64,000 bases of DNA. It comes from an uncultured Chloroflexia bacterium. Its GTDB lineage: Bacteria; Chloroflexota; Limnocylindria; Limnocylindrales; CSP1-4. The notes under the pieces are model-generated. The model did not search any database and was not told the origin of the DNA. It was given only the letters and a program-made list of their open reading frames with translations. A program made the translations under genes and the position numbers. Where the stretch lies: contig CAVVCZ010000004.1 of assembly GCA_963746845.1 (NCBI GenBank), positions 128,001-192,000 on the forward strand. The letters run 5' to 3'. Positions 28,887 through 38,804 of this stretch are shown here, one piece after another (position 1 is the first letter of the stretch; each line of letters starts with the position of its first letter).

Positions 28887-29900
28887 TCAATCCGGCGGCG
28901 GTCCCGCCGTTGCTCGAACCATGAGCTCGACCGGCAGCACCTCGCGCACGGGTCGACCTTCCGCCCCGTCCATCGCGGCGAGCAGCAGGGCGACCCCGCG
29001 ACGCCCGGACTCGAACAGCGGCTGGCGGACAGTGGTGAGGCCGAGGTCTGCCGCGATGTCGATGTCGTCATATCCGATCACCGACAGGCGGTCCGGGACG
29101 GGGATGCCAGCGAGCCGGGCGGCCTCGAGGACGCCGAGGGCTTCGATGTCACTGCCGCAGACGATCGCCGTCGGAGGCGGCGACAGCGTGAGCATCTCGG
29201 CTCCGGCTCGTCGCGCCGTCTCGCGCGGCATGCCGCCCGTGTGGACGTACTCGGGGCGGAGTGCGAGGCCAGCCGAGCGCAGGGCAGAAGCGACACCGAT
29301 TCGTCGCAATCGGCTCGGTGAGAACTTGAAGCGCGTCAACGGATCGTCGCCCAGGAAACCGATCCGGCGATGACCGAGGCCAAGGAGGTAGGTCGCGGCC
29401 AGCCGGCCGCCGGCAACGTCGTCGACCACGACCCGACTCAGGGATCGGTGGTGCCCGTCCACAAGGATCGTCGGGATCCCGGTCCGTTCGATCTGGGCGA
29501 GCTCGCCTGCGTGGGGCGACAGGGACACGATGATCAGGCCGTCCACTCGATCGCGTCGGGCGAGGTGACGGATGACAGTCTCCCGTCGCTCGGGCGTCTC
29601 GATGTTGAAGACGACCAGGTCGTAGGGAGTGTGCGCCAATGCCGACTCGATCCCGAGCAGGCGCTCGACCACCGATGGCCGCGTGAGGAACGGCACGATC
29701 ACGCCGATCGCACCTGTGCGTCCGGTTGACAAGCCGCGGGCGATGGCGCTCGGGACGTAGTCAAGGTCGGCAATCGCCCGGAGCACCCGCCGGCGCGTCT
29801 CGGGATCGACGCGCGGGCTGTCGTTGAGCACTCTGCTGACGGTTCCGACCCCGACATCGGCGAGCCGTGCGACATCCCTGATCGTCGGTCCCGCCTTCAA
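28887..29900 (-). CDS. LacI family transcriptional regulator
   Basis: TIRDVARLADVGVGTVSRVLN; VPDRLSVIGYDD; LTTVRQP. Confidence 0.95.
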   Translation of the reverse strand: MKAGPTIRDVARLADVGVGTVSRVLNDSPRVDPETRRRVLRAIADLDYVPSAIARGLSTGRTGAIGVIVPFLTRPSVVERLLGIESALAHTPYDLVVFNIETPERRETVIRHLARRDRVDGLIIVSLSPHAGELAQIERTGIPTILVDGHHRSLSRVVVDDVAGGRLAATYLLGLGHRRIGFLGDDPLTRFKFSPSRLRRIGVASALRSAGLALRPEYVHTGGMPRETARRAGAEMLTLSPPPTAIVCGSDIEALGVLEAARLAGIPVPDRLSVIGYDDIDIAADLGLTTVRQPLFESGRRGVALLLAAMDGAEGRPVREVLPVELMVRATAGPPPD

Positions 29901-30124
29901 ACCAGCCTCCGCTCTTCCATCGATCTCACGGACTCAGAGTCTAGACGCGGCGGGGCGATCGACACGTCAGGCCACCAGTTCAGCCCTCCCCGGTTGACAG
30001 CAGTGGAGAAGGCAGGGTCGGGGCTCCGGCGTCACGACGAAGGCCTGACGCGACGCCCGGGCCGCGGCCAGATCGGGTCACCGCCCGTCATCCGATCGTC
30101 GCGATCCCGGTGCAGGATTCGGGC

Positions 30125-30610
30125 ATGACACAGACCACCCGAGGACCTGAGATGACCGACGCGAACACCACCCCGACTCCGGCCACGCTGACCGACGACG
30201 ACTGGAAGGACCGGCTCACGCCCGAGCAGTACCGCGTCCTCCGCAAGAAGGGCACCGAGCGCGCGTTCAGCGGAGCGCTCTGGGACGAGCATCGACCGGG
30301 CACCTACCGCTGCGCGGGCTGTGGAACGGAGCTCTTCCGATCCGAGGCGAAGTTCGAGTCGGGGACCGGCTGGCCCAGCTTCTACGCACCGGCGGATCCG
30401 AACGCCGTCGCCATCGAGACGGACCGATCGCTGTTCATGACCCGTACGGAGGCGCTCTGCGCCACCTGCGGCGGGCACCTCGGCCATGTGTTCAACGACG
30501 GCCCGCGACCCACCGGGCTGCGGTACTGCATGAACTCCGCATCGCTGACGCTCGACCCGGACGATGCCCGCGAGGTGACGCCACTGCGGGACCCGACGAA
30601 GGGGTCCTGA
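30125..30610 (+). CDS. msrB: Peptide-methionine (R)-S-oxide reductase
   Basis: [47 protein letters not shown]; alternative start 30152. Confidence 0.95.
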   Translation: MTQTTRGPEMTDANTTPTPATLTDDDWKDRLTPEQYRVLRKKGTERAFSGALWDEHRPGTYRCAGCGTELFRSEAKFESGTGWPSFYAPADPNAVAIETDRSLFMTRTEALCATCGGHLGHVFNDGPRPTGLRYCMNSASLTLDPDDAREVTPLRDPTKGS

Positions 30611-30783
30611 CCGGGTTGGGACAGGCGGCGCCTCGGACGCCGCCCACGTCCTCGCAGAGGATGCCGGCACCCTTGCGCGAGTCCGCGAGAATCATCCCGT
30701 CCGGGTGATGTCGCCGGCCGGCGGCGGAATGATGCCGTCTCCCGATAAACTCCGGGAACCAAGGAAATGAAGGGAGTCGCGGT

Positions 30784-31206
30784 ATGGGCCTCGGTCCGCT
30801 CGAGTACATCGCCATCGCCTTTCCGGGGAACCAGTTCTCCGGGGAGATCATCCCGGCCATCAAGGAGCTTCAGGACTCGGGAACGATCCGCGTCCTCGAC
30901 CTCGTGATCATCAGCAAGGACGCGGCGGGTAACGTCACGGCCATCGAGGCGTCGGACGCCAGCCCGGAGCAGGCTGCGGTGCTCGCTGCCCTCGGCCTCC
31001 GGACCCAGAACCTCCTGGGCGAGGAGGACATCGAGGAGATCGGCGGCGCGCTCGACCCGAACAGCACGGCCGGCCTGATGATCTGGGAGAACGTGTGGGC
31101 CGCCAGGTTCGCCGAGTCCCTTCGGAACGCCAAGGGTGAGCTCATCGCCAACGGTCGCATCCCGGCCCAGGTGGTCGAGGACGTCATGGCGGCTTCGGTC
31201 CCCTGA
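30784..31206 (+). CDS. DUF6325/DUF1269-like protein
   Basis: GPLEYIAIAFPGNQFSGEI...IRVLDLVII...WENVWA. Confidence 0.75.
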   Translation: MGLGPLEYIAIAFPGNQFSGEIIPAIKELQDSGTIRVLDLVIISKDAAGNVTAIEASDASPEQAAVLAALGLRTQNLLGEEDIEEIGGALDPNSTAGLMIWENVWAARFAESLRNAKGELIANGRIPAQVVEDVMAASVP

Positions 31207-31252
31207 CCCGACCCGATCACACCAGCGCATAGCGCGAAAGGAGCGACTTCTC

Positions 31253-31549
31253 ATGATGCGACGCAGGGGTGGTCTCATGCGCGCCGCCGCCACGACGGCC
31301 GTGGTGGCCGGAACGGCGGGAGCGGTGAGGCACCATCAAGCCCAGAAGTACCAGTCCCAGGCCGAAGCGCAGGCGTATGAGCAGCAGCAGGCCGCCGCGG
31401 CCTATGCACCGGCTCCCGAGGCAGCTCCCGCGGCTCCCGCCGTGGATCCGCAGACGGCCCAGCTCCAGAATCTCGCTCAGCTCCACGCAACCGGCGTCCT
31501 GACCGACGAGGAGTACGCGGCGGCGAAGGCCAAGGCCCTCGGCATCTGA
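31253..31549 (+). CDS. SHOCT domain protein
   Basis: L..LAQLH..GVLTDEEYAAAKAKAL C-terminus; AAGGAG RBS. Confidence 0.8.
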   Translation: MMRRRGGLMRAAATTAVVAGTAGAVRHHQAQKYQSQAEAQAYEQQQAAAAYAPAPEAAPAAPAVDPQTAQLQNLAQLHATGVLTDEEYAAAKAKALGI

Positions 31550-31617
31550 CGACGTCCTGACGACGCGGGTCCCGGCTCGGAGGGGCGAGCAAGGCCCGCG
31601 TCGATCCATGTCCGGGA

Positions 31618-34155
31618 TCAGGCGACCCAGATCGTCCGCCCGCCCCGGACCGTCCGGGCCACCTCCGCGACGATCGCCGGCGTCCCCGCCACGATGCCGA
31701 CCAGCAGCCAATCGAAGGCATCGAGCGGTGTCGCGTGGAAGGCGGAGGCGAGCGGCGGGATCGCCGGGATGAGCGCCTGGATCGCGACGACGGAGACGCC
31801 GGTGGCGAGCAGGACCGTGTTCCTGCCGAGGCGATGGATCGGCTGCCGGATGCTCCGGTTCCAGTACGCCCGCACGCACTGGCCGACCACGAGCGCGGTG
31901 TACGCCAGCCACGCTGCGTGGTCGAACCCGCCGTCGTGCGTGAGCATGACGACGAGGGCAGCGACCGCGGTGAAGCCGCCGGCGAGCGTGATCCCGACGA
32001 AGATCCGGTCGGTCAGCAACGGGGTCCGGGCCGGTCGCGGCGCTCGCGTCATCAGCGCCGGCTCCGGCGGCTCGCGCTCGAAGGCGACGGACGTCGACAG
32101 GTCGATGAAGAGCTCCATCCAGAGGATCTGGAGGGGCAGCAGGACCTGACGCTCCGCCACGAAGATCGTCGAGATGAGGATGAAGCCCAGGAAGGCGACG
32201 TGGGTCGAGATGATGAACACGAGGCCCTTCTGGACGTTGTCGACGATCCTCCGTCCCTCCGCGAGGCCGAACATCAACGTCGCGAACGAGTCGTCGCCCA
32301 GGACCAGATCGGATGCCTCGCGGGCGACGGCGGTGCCGGACCCCATCGCCACGGCGACGTCCGCGCCGTGGAGGGCGGGCGCGTCGTTCACGCCGTCGCC
32401 GGTGACGGCAACCGTCCGACCGCGGGACCGGGCTGCCCGGACCAGCCGGAGCTTCTGGTCGGGGGTCGAGCGGGCGACCACATGGAGATCCGCCAGGCGG
32501 TCGGCGATCCGGGCGTCGTCCCAGGCCGCGATCTCCTCGCCGGTGACGATCGTGTCCGCCGGGATCCCGGCATCGCGCGCGATGCTCGCGGCCGTGTTCG
32601 GATGGTCGCCCGTCACGACGACGACCTGGATGCCGGCTCCGCGTGCCGACGCGATCGCATCGGGGATCCCTGCCCGGATCGGATCGGCGAAGCCCACGAG
32701 GGCGCGCATCTCCCACGGTCCGTCGTCCACCTGACGCGCGAGCCCGACGAGGCGCTCGCCCGTCGCGGCGGCCGCTTCGAACGCACGGTGCCAGCTCTCG
32801 CGCTCCGGACCCGGATCGCCGTCGACGAAGGTGAGAACGACCTCCGGCGCACCGAGCGCCAGGCTCTCGACGGAGCCTTCGCGCCGGGCGCGGGTGAGGG
32901 TCACCGGTCGGGCATCGGAGACGGGTTCGGCCTCGACGAGCTCGCCCGGATCGAGCTCGCTCTCGCCGCCTGACTCCGCCACGGCAGCCCGCAGGGCACG
33001 GGTGAAGGACGTCGGGGCGACCCCATCCGTCGACCAGGCGTCCTCCTCGGCGCGGAGCGCCTCCTCGAGGTACCGCCGACGGAGCCCGGGATCCTCGACC
33101 GGACCGCGCACGGTCCGCACGGACGAGACGACGAGCCGGTTCTGGGTGAGCGTGCCGGTCTTGTCGGTGACGATCAGGTCGACGGCGCCCAGCGTCTCCT
33201 CGGCGTTCAGGCGACGGACGAGCACGCCGCGCTTCAGCAGCCGGTACGCGCCGAGCCCGAGGATCACGGCGAGGAGAACGGGCGGCTCCTCGGGGATCGC
33301 CGCGATGGCCGCCGAGATCCCCGCCAGGACGTTCTCGCCGAGCGAGTGACCGCGGACGAACCCGATCCCGGTGGTGAACGCGATGAGCCCGATCGCCACC
33401 ACGAGGAGGATCCGGACGAGCCGGTCCAGCTCGCGCTGGAGCGGCGACCGTCGACGCTCCCTGGTGGCGAGCGTGCCTGCGATCTGCCCGAACGCGGTCC
33501 CGCTTCCGATCGCGACCACGAGGCCCTCGCCTCGACCGCCCACGACGCTCGTCCCCGACCAGGCGATCGAGTGCCGGCTCGCGAGCTCCGCATCAGGCGC
33601 ATCCGGCTCGACCCGCCCGTCCTCGGGAATCGACTCCCCGGTCAGCGTGCTCCGATCGAGGAGCAGGCGCTCGGAGCGCGTCAGCCGGATGTCGGCCGGC
33701 ACCACGTCGCCGCCCTGGAGGAGGACCACGTCGCCCGGGACAAGTCCGGCCGCCCGGATTCCCTGCACCGAGCCGTCCCGGCGAACCCGCGCGACCGGGG
33801 CCGACGCGTCGCGGAGGGCCTCGAGAGCCCGCTCGCCACGGTACTCGGTGACCACGTCGGCGACGACGATCGGCAGGAGACCCGCGAGGACCAGCAGCCC
33901 GTCCCGGACCTCGCCGACGACGATCGCCAGGATGCCCGCGACGGCGAGCATGATCACGAACGGTTCGGTCGCCGAGCGCAGGACCATGCGCCAGACGGGC
34001 TCCGTGGCCGCCGTCTCGAGCTCGTTCGGCCCCGCGGCGGCCGCCCGCTCCTCGACCTCCGCCGACGTCAGCCCGATGGCCGGGTCGACGTCGAGCCGGG
34101 CGGCGACGGTCGAGGGATCGAGCGCGTGGGCACGCTCGATGGTGGGCGCGGTCAT
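31618..34155 (-). CDS. Cation-transporting P-type (type II) ATPase
   Basis: TGES, IPEEPP, DKTGTLT, TGDH, GDGVNDAP. Confidence 0.93.
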   Translation of the reverse strand: MTAPTIERAHALDPSTVAARLDVDPAIGLTSAEVEERAAAAGPNELETAATEPVWRMVLRSATEPFVIMLAVAGILAIVVGEVRDGLLVLAGLLPIVVADVVTEYRGERALEALRDASAPVARVRRDGSVQGIRAAGLVPGDVVLLQGGDVVPADIRLTRSERLLLDRSTLTGESIPEDGRVEPDAPDAELASRHSIAWSGTSVVGGRGEGLVVAIGSGTAFGQIAGTLATRERRRSPLQRELDRLVRILLVVAIGLIAFTTGIGFVRGHSLGENVLAGISAAIAAIPEEPPVLLAVILGLGAYRLLKRGVLVRRLNAEETLGAVDLIVTDKTGTLTQNRLVVSSVRTVRGPVEDPGLRRRYLEEALRAEEDAWSTDGVAPTSFTRALRAAVAESGGESELDPGELVEAEPVSDARPVTLTRARREGSVESLALGAPEVVLTFVDGDPGPERESWHRAFEAAAATGERLVGLARQVDDGPWEMRALVGFADPIRAGIPDAIASARGAGIQVVVVTGDHPNTAASIARDAGIPADTIVTGEEIAAWDDARIADRLADLHVVARSTPDQKLRLVRAARSRGRTVAVTGDGVNDAPALHGADVAVAMGSGTAVAREASDLVLGDDSFATLMFGLAEGRRIVDNVQKGLVFIISTHVAFLGFILISTIFVAERQVLLPLQILWMELFIDLSTSVAFEREPPEPALMTRAPRPARTPLLTDRIFVGITLAGGFTAVAALVVMLTHDGGFDHAAWLAYTALVVGQCVRAYWNRSIRQPIHRLGRNTVLLATGVSVVAIQALIPAIPPLASAFHATPLDAFDWLLVGIVAGTPAIVAEVARTVRGGRTIWVA

Positions 34156-34294
34156 TCGATGGTCAGGTTGGCACGCGCGCGCGATGCCTGTGGTGGGCCG
34201 CTTGTCGCGTTCGGGGGGTCGCTTCGGCTCTGGCGCGAACCACCCCGTCGGGGCTTCTCTGTGACTGAGACACCGCACGGAAAGGGGTAGCGCG

Positions 34295-34810
34295 ATGAAC
34301 GCCGCCGTCGTCTACGAATCCCATTGGGGCAACACCGCCGCGATCGCACGGGCCATCGCCGAAGGGATCGGGCAGGGCGCCCGGGCGCTGACGACCGACG
34401 AGGCCTCGGGCGAGGCCCTCGCCGGGGTCGATCTGGTCGTCGCCGGCGCGCCGTTGATGGCCCTCCGCCTCGGGTCCGAGAAGACCCTGAAGGGGATCGT
34501 CGAGAAGGCCGACAAGACCCCAACGCCGGACGTCGCCCATCCGGCGATGCGCACGTGGCTCGAGCAGCTGCCCCGCGGGCAGGGCCGATCGGCCGCCTTC
34601 GAGACGCGGCTCCGATGGTCGCCGGGTGGCGCCACCTCGACCATCGAGAAGGGACTCGCGAGCGCCGGCTACCGGCCACTTGCCAAGGCCCATCGGTTCG
34701 TCGTCAAGGGCAGCTACGGACCGCTCCGCGACGGCGAGCTGGAGCGGGCGCGCCAGTGGGGAGCCGAGCTCGCGGAGACGTTGCGGATCGACGCCGCGAC
34801 GCGGGCGTGA
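34295..34810 (+). CDS. Flavodoxin-like protein
   Basis: VVYESHWGNT..IA.AIA, AAFETR, GELERA..WG. Confidence 0.85.
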   Translation: MNAAVVYESHWGNTAAIARAIAEGIGQGARALTTDEASGEALAGVDLVVAGAPLMALRLGSEKTLKGIVEKADKTPTPDVAHPAMRTWLEQLPRGQGRSAAFETRLRWSPGGATSTIEKGLASAGYRPLAKAHRFVVKGSYGPLRDGELERARQWGAELAETLRIDAATRA

Positions 34811-34811
34811 C

Positions 34812-35027
34812 GTGGAGGCAGGGCGGTTCACGACGAACCGTCACCGGGCACCGGTCCGCACGTACCGACTGCGCCATGGCCCGACCCGGCGGCGTCGGCC
34901 GCCCGTGGCGGGGCCACCGCTCGGGATCGAGCTGGAGCGTGCGGCGCTCCTCCTCGTCCTCGTGATCGTCGCCGTCGTCGTGATCCTGCCGGCCCTGATC
35001 GAGCTCGCCGCCGCGCCGTTCCGGTAG
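34812..35027 (+). CDS. Small hypothetical membrane protein
   Basis: GTG directly after the flavodoxin stop; C-terminal TM helix. Confidence 0.4.
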   Translation: MEAGRFTTNRHRAPVRTYRLRHGPTRRRRPPVAGPPLGIELERAALLLVLVIVAVVVILPALIELAAAPFR

Positions 35028-35131
35028 GGCTTCACGCCCGGTCCCAGCCGGCCCGGAACAAGGTGACATTCGACCCTGTCGTGCTCGGCGGACCGCGGGC
35101 GAAGGTACGTGCGAAGGGACAGGTGATCGCG

Positions 35132-35839
35132 ATGATGACAGTGCTCGATGTGATGACCCATGCCGTCGTCTGGGTCCGCCCGACGACCCCGCTGAAGGGC
35201 GTGGCGGAGACGCTGATCGACAACGGCATCAGCGGCGTCCCCGTGGTGGACGACCAGGGCGCGGTACTCGGCGTCGTCTCCGAGGCCGACCTCCTCGTCA
35301 AGGAGCAGGGCGCCGAGGCGATCCACAGCCGGCACCTCGCCCGGGTCCGCGGCGAGTCGAAGGAGACGCGCGAACAGCGCGCGAAGGTCGAGGCCGTGAC
35401 CGCCGCCCAGGCGATGACGGCGCCCGCGATCACGATCTCCTCGGATCGACCGATCCTCGAGGCGGCCTCGACGATGACGACCCGCCACGTGAACCGGCTG
35501 CCGGTCGTCGATGACGGACGGCTCGTCGGGATCGTCAGCCGAGCGGACCTCGTGCGGGCGTACGTCCGCTCCGACGAGGAGCTCGCGACCACGATCCGCC
35601 AGGACGTGATCCTCCGGATCCTGTGGCTCGACCCGGAGCTCTTCCAGGTCGAGGTTCATGACGGCGTGGCCTCGATCCGCGGACGCGTCGAGCGCCGGAC
35701 GACGGCGGACATGATCGAGCGCGCGGTCCGGATGGTCCCCGGGCTCATCGACGTCCGCGTCTCGGTGGACTGGTCGATGGATGACACCCGGCTCGAGCCG
35801 GTGACCTCCGATCCCGTCTTCCCGTTCAGCCCGAGGTAG
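35132..35839 (+). CDS. CBS-pair plus BON domain protein
   Basis: ISGVPVVD..GVVSEADLL; VNRLPVVD.GRLVGIVSRADL; C-terminal BON-like domain. Confidence 0.88.
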   Translation: MMTVLDVMTHAVVWVRPTTPLKGVAETLIDNGISGVPVVDDQGAVLGVVSEADLLVKEQGAEAIHSRHLARVRGESKETREQRAKVEAVTAAQAMTAPAITISSDRPILEAASTMTTRHVNRLPVVDDGRLVGIVSRADLVRAYVRSDEELATTIRQDVILRILWLDPELFQVEVHDGVASIRGRVERRTTADMIERAVRMVPGLIDVRVSVDWSMDDTRLEPVTSDPVFPFSPR

Positions 35840-35848
35840 GGCCCCGGC

Positions 35849-36754
35849 ATGCCCGACTCACCGTCCGAGCCGCCCGCCTACGACGCGCTCGTTCCGCCCC
35901 AGATGGCGGCGAAGGCCGAGTCCGTCGGCGTCGTCAAGGCGGGCCTCGACGCGGCCACCCTGTTCGCCCTCGCCGTGCTGGCGGGGGCGTTCATCGCCCT
36001 GGGGGCGATCTTCGCGACCACGGTCAGCGCCGGCGCCGCCAACGTGCCGTACGGGTTCGTCCGGCTGGTCGCCGGGCTCGCCTTCTCGCTCGGCCTGATC
36101 CTCGTCATCGTCGGCGGCGCCGAGCTGTTCACCGGCAACACGCTGATCGTCATGGCCTGGGCGAGCCGCAGGGTCAGCACCGCCGGGCTGCTGCGGAACT
36201 GGGCGATCGTCTACGCGGGGAACTTCGTCGGGGCGCTCGGAACCGCCGGCGTGATGTTCGTCTCGGGCCAGTACACCTTCGGCGGAGGGACCGTCGGCAT
36301 CGCGGCGCTCGGCGTCGGCAACGCGAAGGCCGGGCTCGACTTCATCCCGGCGGTGGCCCTGGGCATCCTGTGCAATGCGCTCGTCTGCCTGGCTGTCTGG
36401 CTCACCTTCAGTGCGCGCACGACGACCGACCGGATCCTCGCGATCGTCCCACCGATCGCCGCATTCGTCGCCGCGGGCTTCGAGCACAGCGTGGCGAACA
36501 TGTACTTCATCCCCGAGGCGATCGCCATCCGGACGTGGGCACCCGCGTCGTTCTGGACGTCGATCGGACACGAGCCGGCAGACTATCCCCACCTGACGAT
36601 CGAGGGTCTGGTCGGCAATCTCGTCCCCGTCTCGATCGGGAACATGATCGGCGGGGCGATCCTCGTCGGGGCCGTGTACTGGTTCGTCTACCTGCGAAAT
36701 CGTCGAGGCGCGCCGGTCGAGGAGCCCGGCACGGGGATCTCGGCACGGGCCTGA
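35849..36754 (+). CDS. focA: Formate/nitrite transporter
   Basis: AGAFIALG, GAELFTGN, GILCNALVCLAVW, GFEHSVANMY, GNMIGG. Confidence 0.88.
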   Translation: MPDSPSEPPAYDALVPPQMAAKAESVGVVKAGLDAATLFALAVLAGAFIALGAIFATTVSAGAANVPYGFVRLVAGLAFSLGLILVIVGGAELFTGNTLIVMAWASRRVSTAGLLRNWAIVYAGNFVGALGTAGVMFVSGQYTFGGGTVGIAALGVGNAKAGLDFIPAVALGILCNALVCLAVWLTFSARTTTDRILAIVPPIAAFVAAGFEHSVANMYFIPEAIAIRTWAPASFWTSIGHEPADYPHLTIEGLVGNLVPVSIGNMIGGAILVGAVYWFVYLRNRRGAPVEEPGTGISARA

Positions 36755-36793
36755 TCGGCGCAAGCGGCTCCGGGTCACGTCCCGAGAGAAGCC

Positions 36794-36820
36794 GAACGGC
36801 CGGGCGATGCCCGGCCGTTC
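36794..36820. terminator. Hairpin between convergent genes (bidirectional terminator)
   Basis: GAACGGCCGGGC-GAT-GCCCGGCCGTTC perfect 12-bp stem. Confidence 0.65.
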
Positions 36821-36857
36821 CGCGCTGATGCGATGGACGGGGCGGAGCCCCGAGGTC

Positions 36858-38291
36858 TCAGTGGTCGAGGAACGCGAGGGCCGGCACGAGCTTGTCCGCC
36901 TTCGGCGAGCCGAGGCCCGTCGTGGCGTCCCAGCCCGCCTTGGCCTTGAAGCCCGAGATCGTGACCGGCGTGTCGTCCGCGTTGTACTCGAGGACGCCGT
37001 TCTGGCCGTCACGGATGTCGTGGAAGAACACGTTGCTGGAGCGACCCAGCGCGTACAACGAGTCGTTGATCGCGCCGAGCCGGCCGTGGTTGAGCTGCGC
37101 GGCGATCGCGGTGATGCCCGCCCACTGGGGTGACCCGGCGCTGGTGCCGCCGAAGATCCAGAAGGCACCCTGCCAGGTCACCAGCACGCCGTGGTTGACC
37201 GACCCGGCGTAGGCGACGTCCGGCACGCCGCGGAATTGGCTCCGGATCGCGTGGATCCCGAACTGGAAGCCGGGCCGATGGAACTCATCGCTGTAGCCGC
37301 CGCCCGTGGCGATGTCGCCGCCCGCCTCGGGGCCCGGGACGCCGACCACGGGATCGTCGTCCTTCTCGTCCCAGGCGACCTCCTTCTGGTAGGTCCCCGG
37401 AGCCGGGTCCTGGTTGGCGCAGATGACCGTGTGGCCGCCGGCGTCCGTGCAGAGCTGGTAGGTCGCGGCGTACAGCTGCGTGCCACCGACGGCGGTCACG
37501 AGCGGGTCGTTCGCCGGCGAGCTGGTGTCCTTGACCCAGCCGTCACCGTCGCAGCTCGGCTGGGCCGAGCCCTCGTCCCCGGACGAGGCGAACAGGGTGA
37601 TGCCCTTGCGGGTGGCGTCCTGGAAGACGTCGTGCTGCTTCGCCTCGATCTTCGGGTCGACACATCGCTCGGCCTCGCCGAAGCTCTGGGAGATCACGTC
37701 ACCGAGGTTGTGGTCGACCGCCCACTTCGTGGCGTCGAGGATGTCGGCGTCGTCGCTCGACTTGGCGAGCACGAGGGCGATCTTCGCGCCGGGTGCGACC
37801 GCGTGGGCCCACTCGACGTCGAGCGTGATCTCGCCCGACCAACCTTGATGGTCCTCGTTGTCCGGGTCGAACGGCGTCAGGCCCTGCGGGGCGTACTGCG
37901 TGAGCTGGGCATCCGGAAGGTCGAACGCCTCGTCGAACGTGGCGAGGTCGTCGGGCAGGGTCGGCGACTGGAAGGCGTCGATGATGACGATCGTCCGGCC
38001 GCGTCCATCCAGGTTCTTCGCGATCAGCTTGTCGATGCCGTAGGCCGTCCGGATCTGGTCCGGGCCATAGCAGAAGATGTCGACTCCCTCGGTGCCCGGA
38101 GTCTGGCAGCCGAAGACCGCGGCATGCGGTTTGCCGGCAGGCACCCGGCGGGTCACGCCCGGATGCATCTGGCCGCCGGCCGCGGCCGACGTGGTCGCAC
38201 TCCTGCCGGCTGCGACGACCGGCCCGGCCGAGAGCGCGACGAGCGCTCCGACGGCACCGATCACGGCGAGGCGCTGCAACGTGGATCGCAC
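36858..38291 (-). CDS. Secreted S53 (sedolisin/kumamolisin-like) peptidase
   Basis: EITLDVE, SSGDEG, GGTSAGSP, GWDATTGLG; signal peptide; GGAGAG RBS. Confidence 0.9.
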   Translation of the reverse strand: MRSTLQRLAVIGAVGALVALSAGPVVAAGRSATTSAAAGGQMHPGVTRRVPAGKPHAAVFGCQTPGTEGVDIFCYGPDQIRTAYGIDKLIAKNLDGRGRTIVIIDAFQSPTLPDDLATFDEAFDLPDAQLTQYAPQGLTPFDPDNEDHQGWSGEITLDVEWAHAVAPGAKIALVLAKSSDDADILDATKWAVDHNLGDVISQSFGEAERCVDPKIEAKQHDVFQDATRKGITLFASSGDEGSAQPSCDGDGWVKDTSSPANDPLVTAVGGTQLYAATYQLCTDAGGHTVICANQDPAPGTYQKEVAWDEKDDDPVVGVPGPEAGGDIATGGGYSDEFHRPGFQFGIHAIRSQFRGVPDVAYAGSVNHGVLVTWQGAFWIFGGTSAGSPQWAGITAIAAQLNHGRLGAINDSLYALGRSSNVFFHDIRDGQNGVLEYNADDTPVTISGFKAKAGWDATTGLGSPKADKLVPALAFLDH

Positions 38292-38804
38292 GGACTCTCC
38301 TCCATCATCGAAGGGCAACCGGGCTCTCGCGGGCGTCGGGCCGTGCCCCCGTGCCGACGCCGGTCCGGCCGGAGGCCGCCCGTCTGGGGTCGGGCGCATG
38401 CCGGTCGACGGCGCCCATGTTCGCGCGCCGGGCGGCAGTCTGCATGGCGTGGGCGCGACAGACGGTGCGCCCGGGCACCGCGAAACGGATGGAGTGGTCC
38501 CGATCCCCACCGGACGACGCGCCGCCGAGAGGAACCAGCCGGGTCACGGGCATCGGGTGGGATCGCGACAGGCGACCCCGAGCCCTCCACTGCCCATGTT
38601 GCGTCCGGCGCATGAAGCGACAACCGAACACGGGGTATCCCGCCCGAACCGCCCTGAATCGGCGTCGCCGTCGTCGGACGATGCGTCCACCGCTTCGAAC
38701 GACGTCCGAGCGACCCCCCGGCCGTCGTTTGACGCACTCCGCGCGTGATCGTGCCGAGTGGCGTCGCCCATGCGACAGCCCCGCCGGCGTGCCTGCCGAC
38801 GGGA

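Noticed and set aside
29965-30050. Inverted repeat CGTCAGGCC...GGCCTGACG at the edge of the sugar locus as a MITE end
   Set aside because: Only 9 bp, with no target-site duplication or second copy seen.
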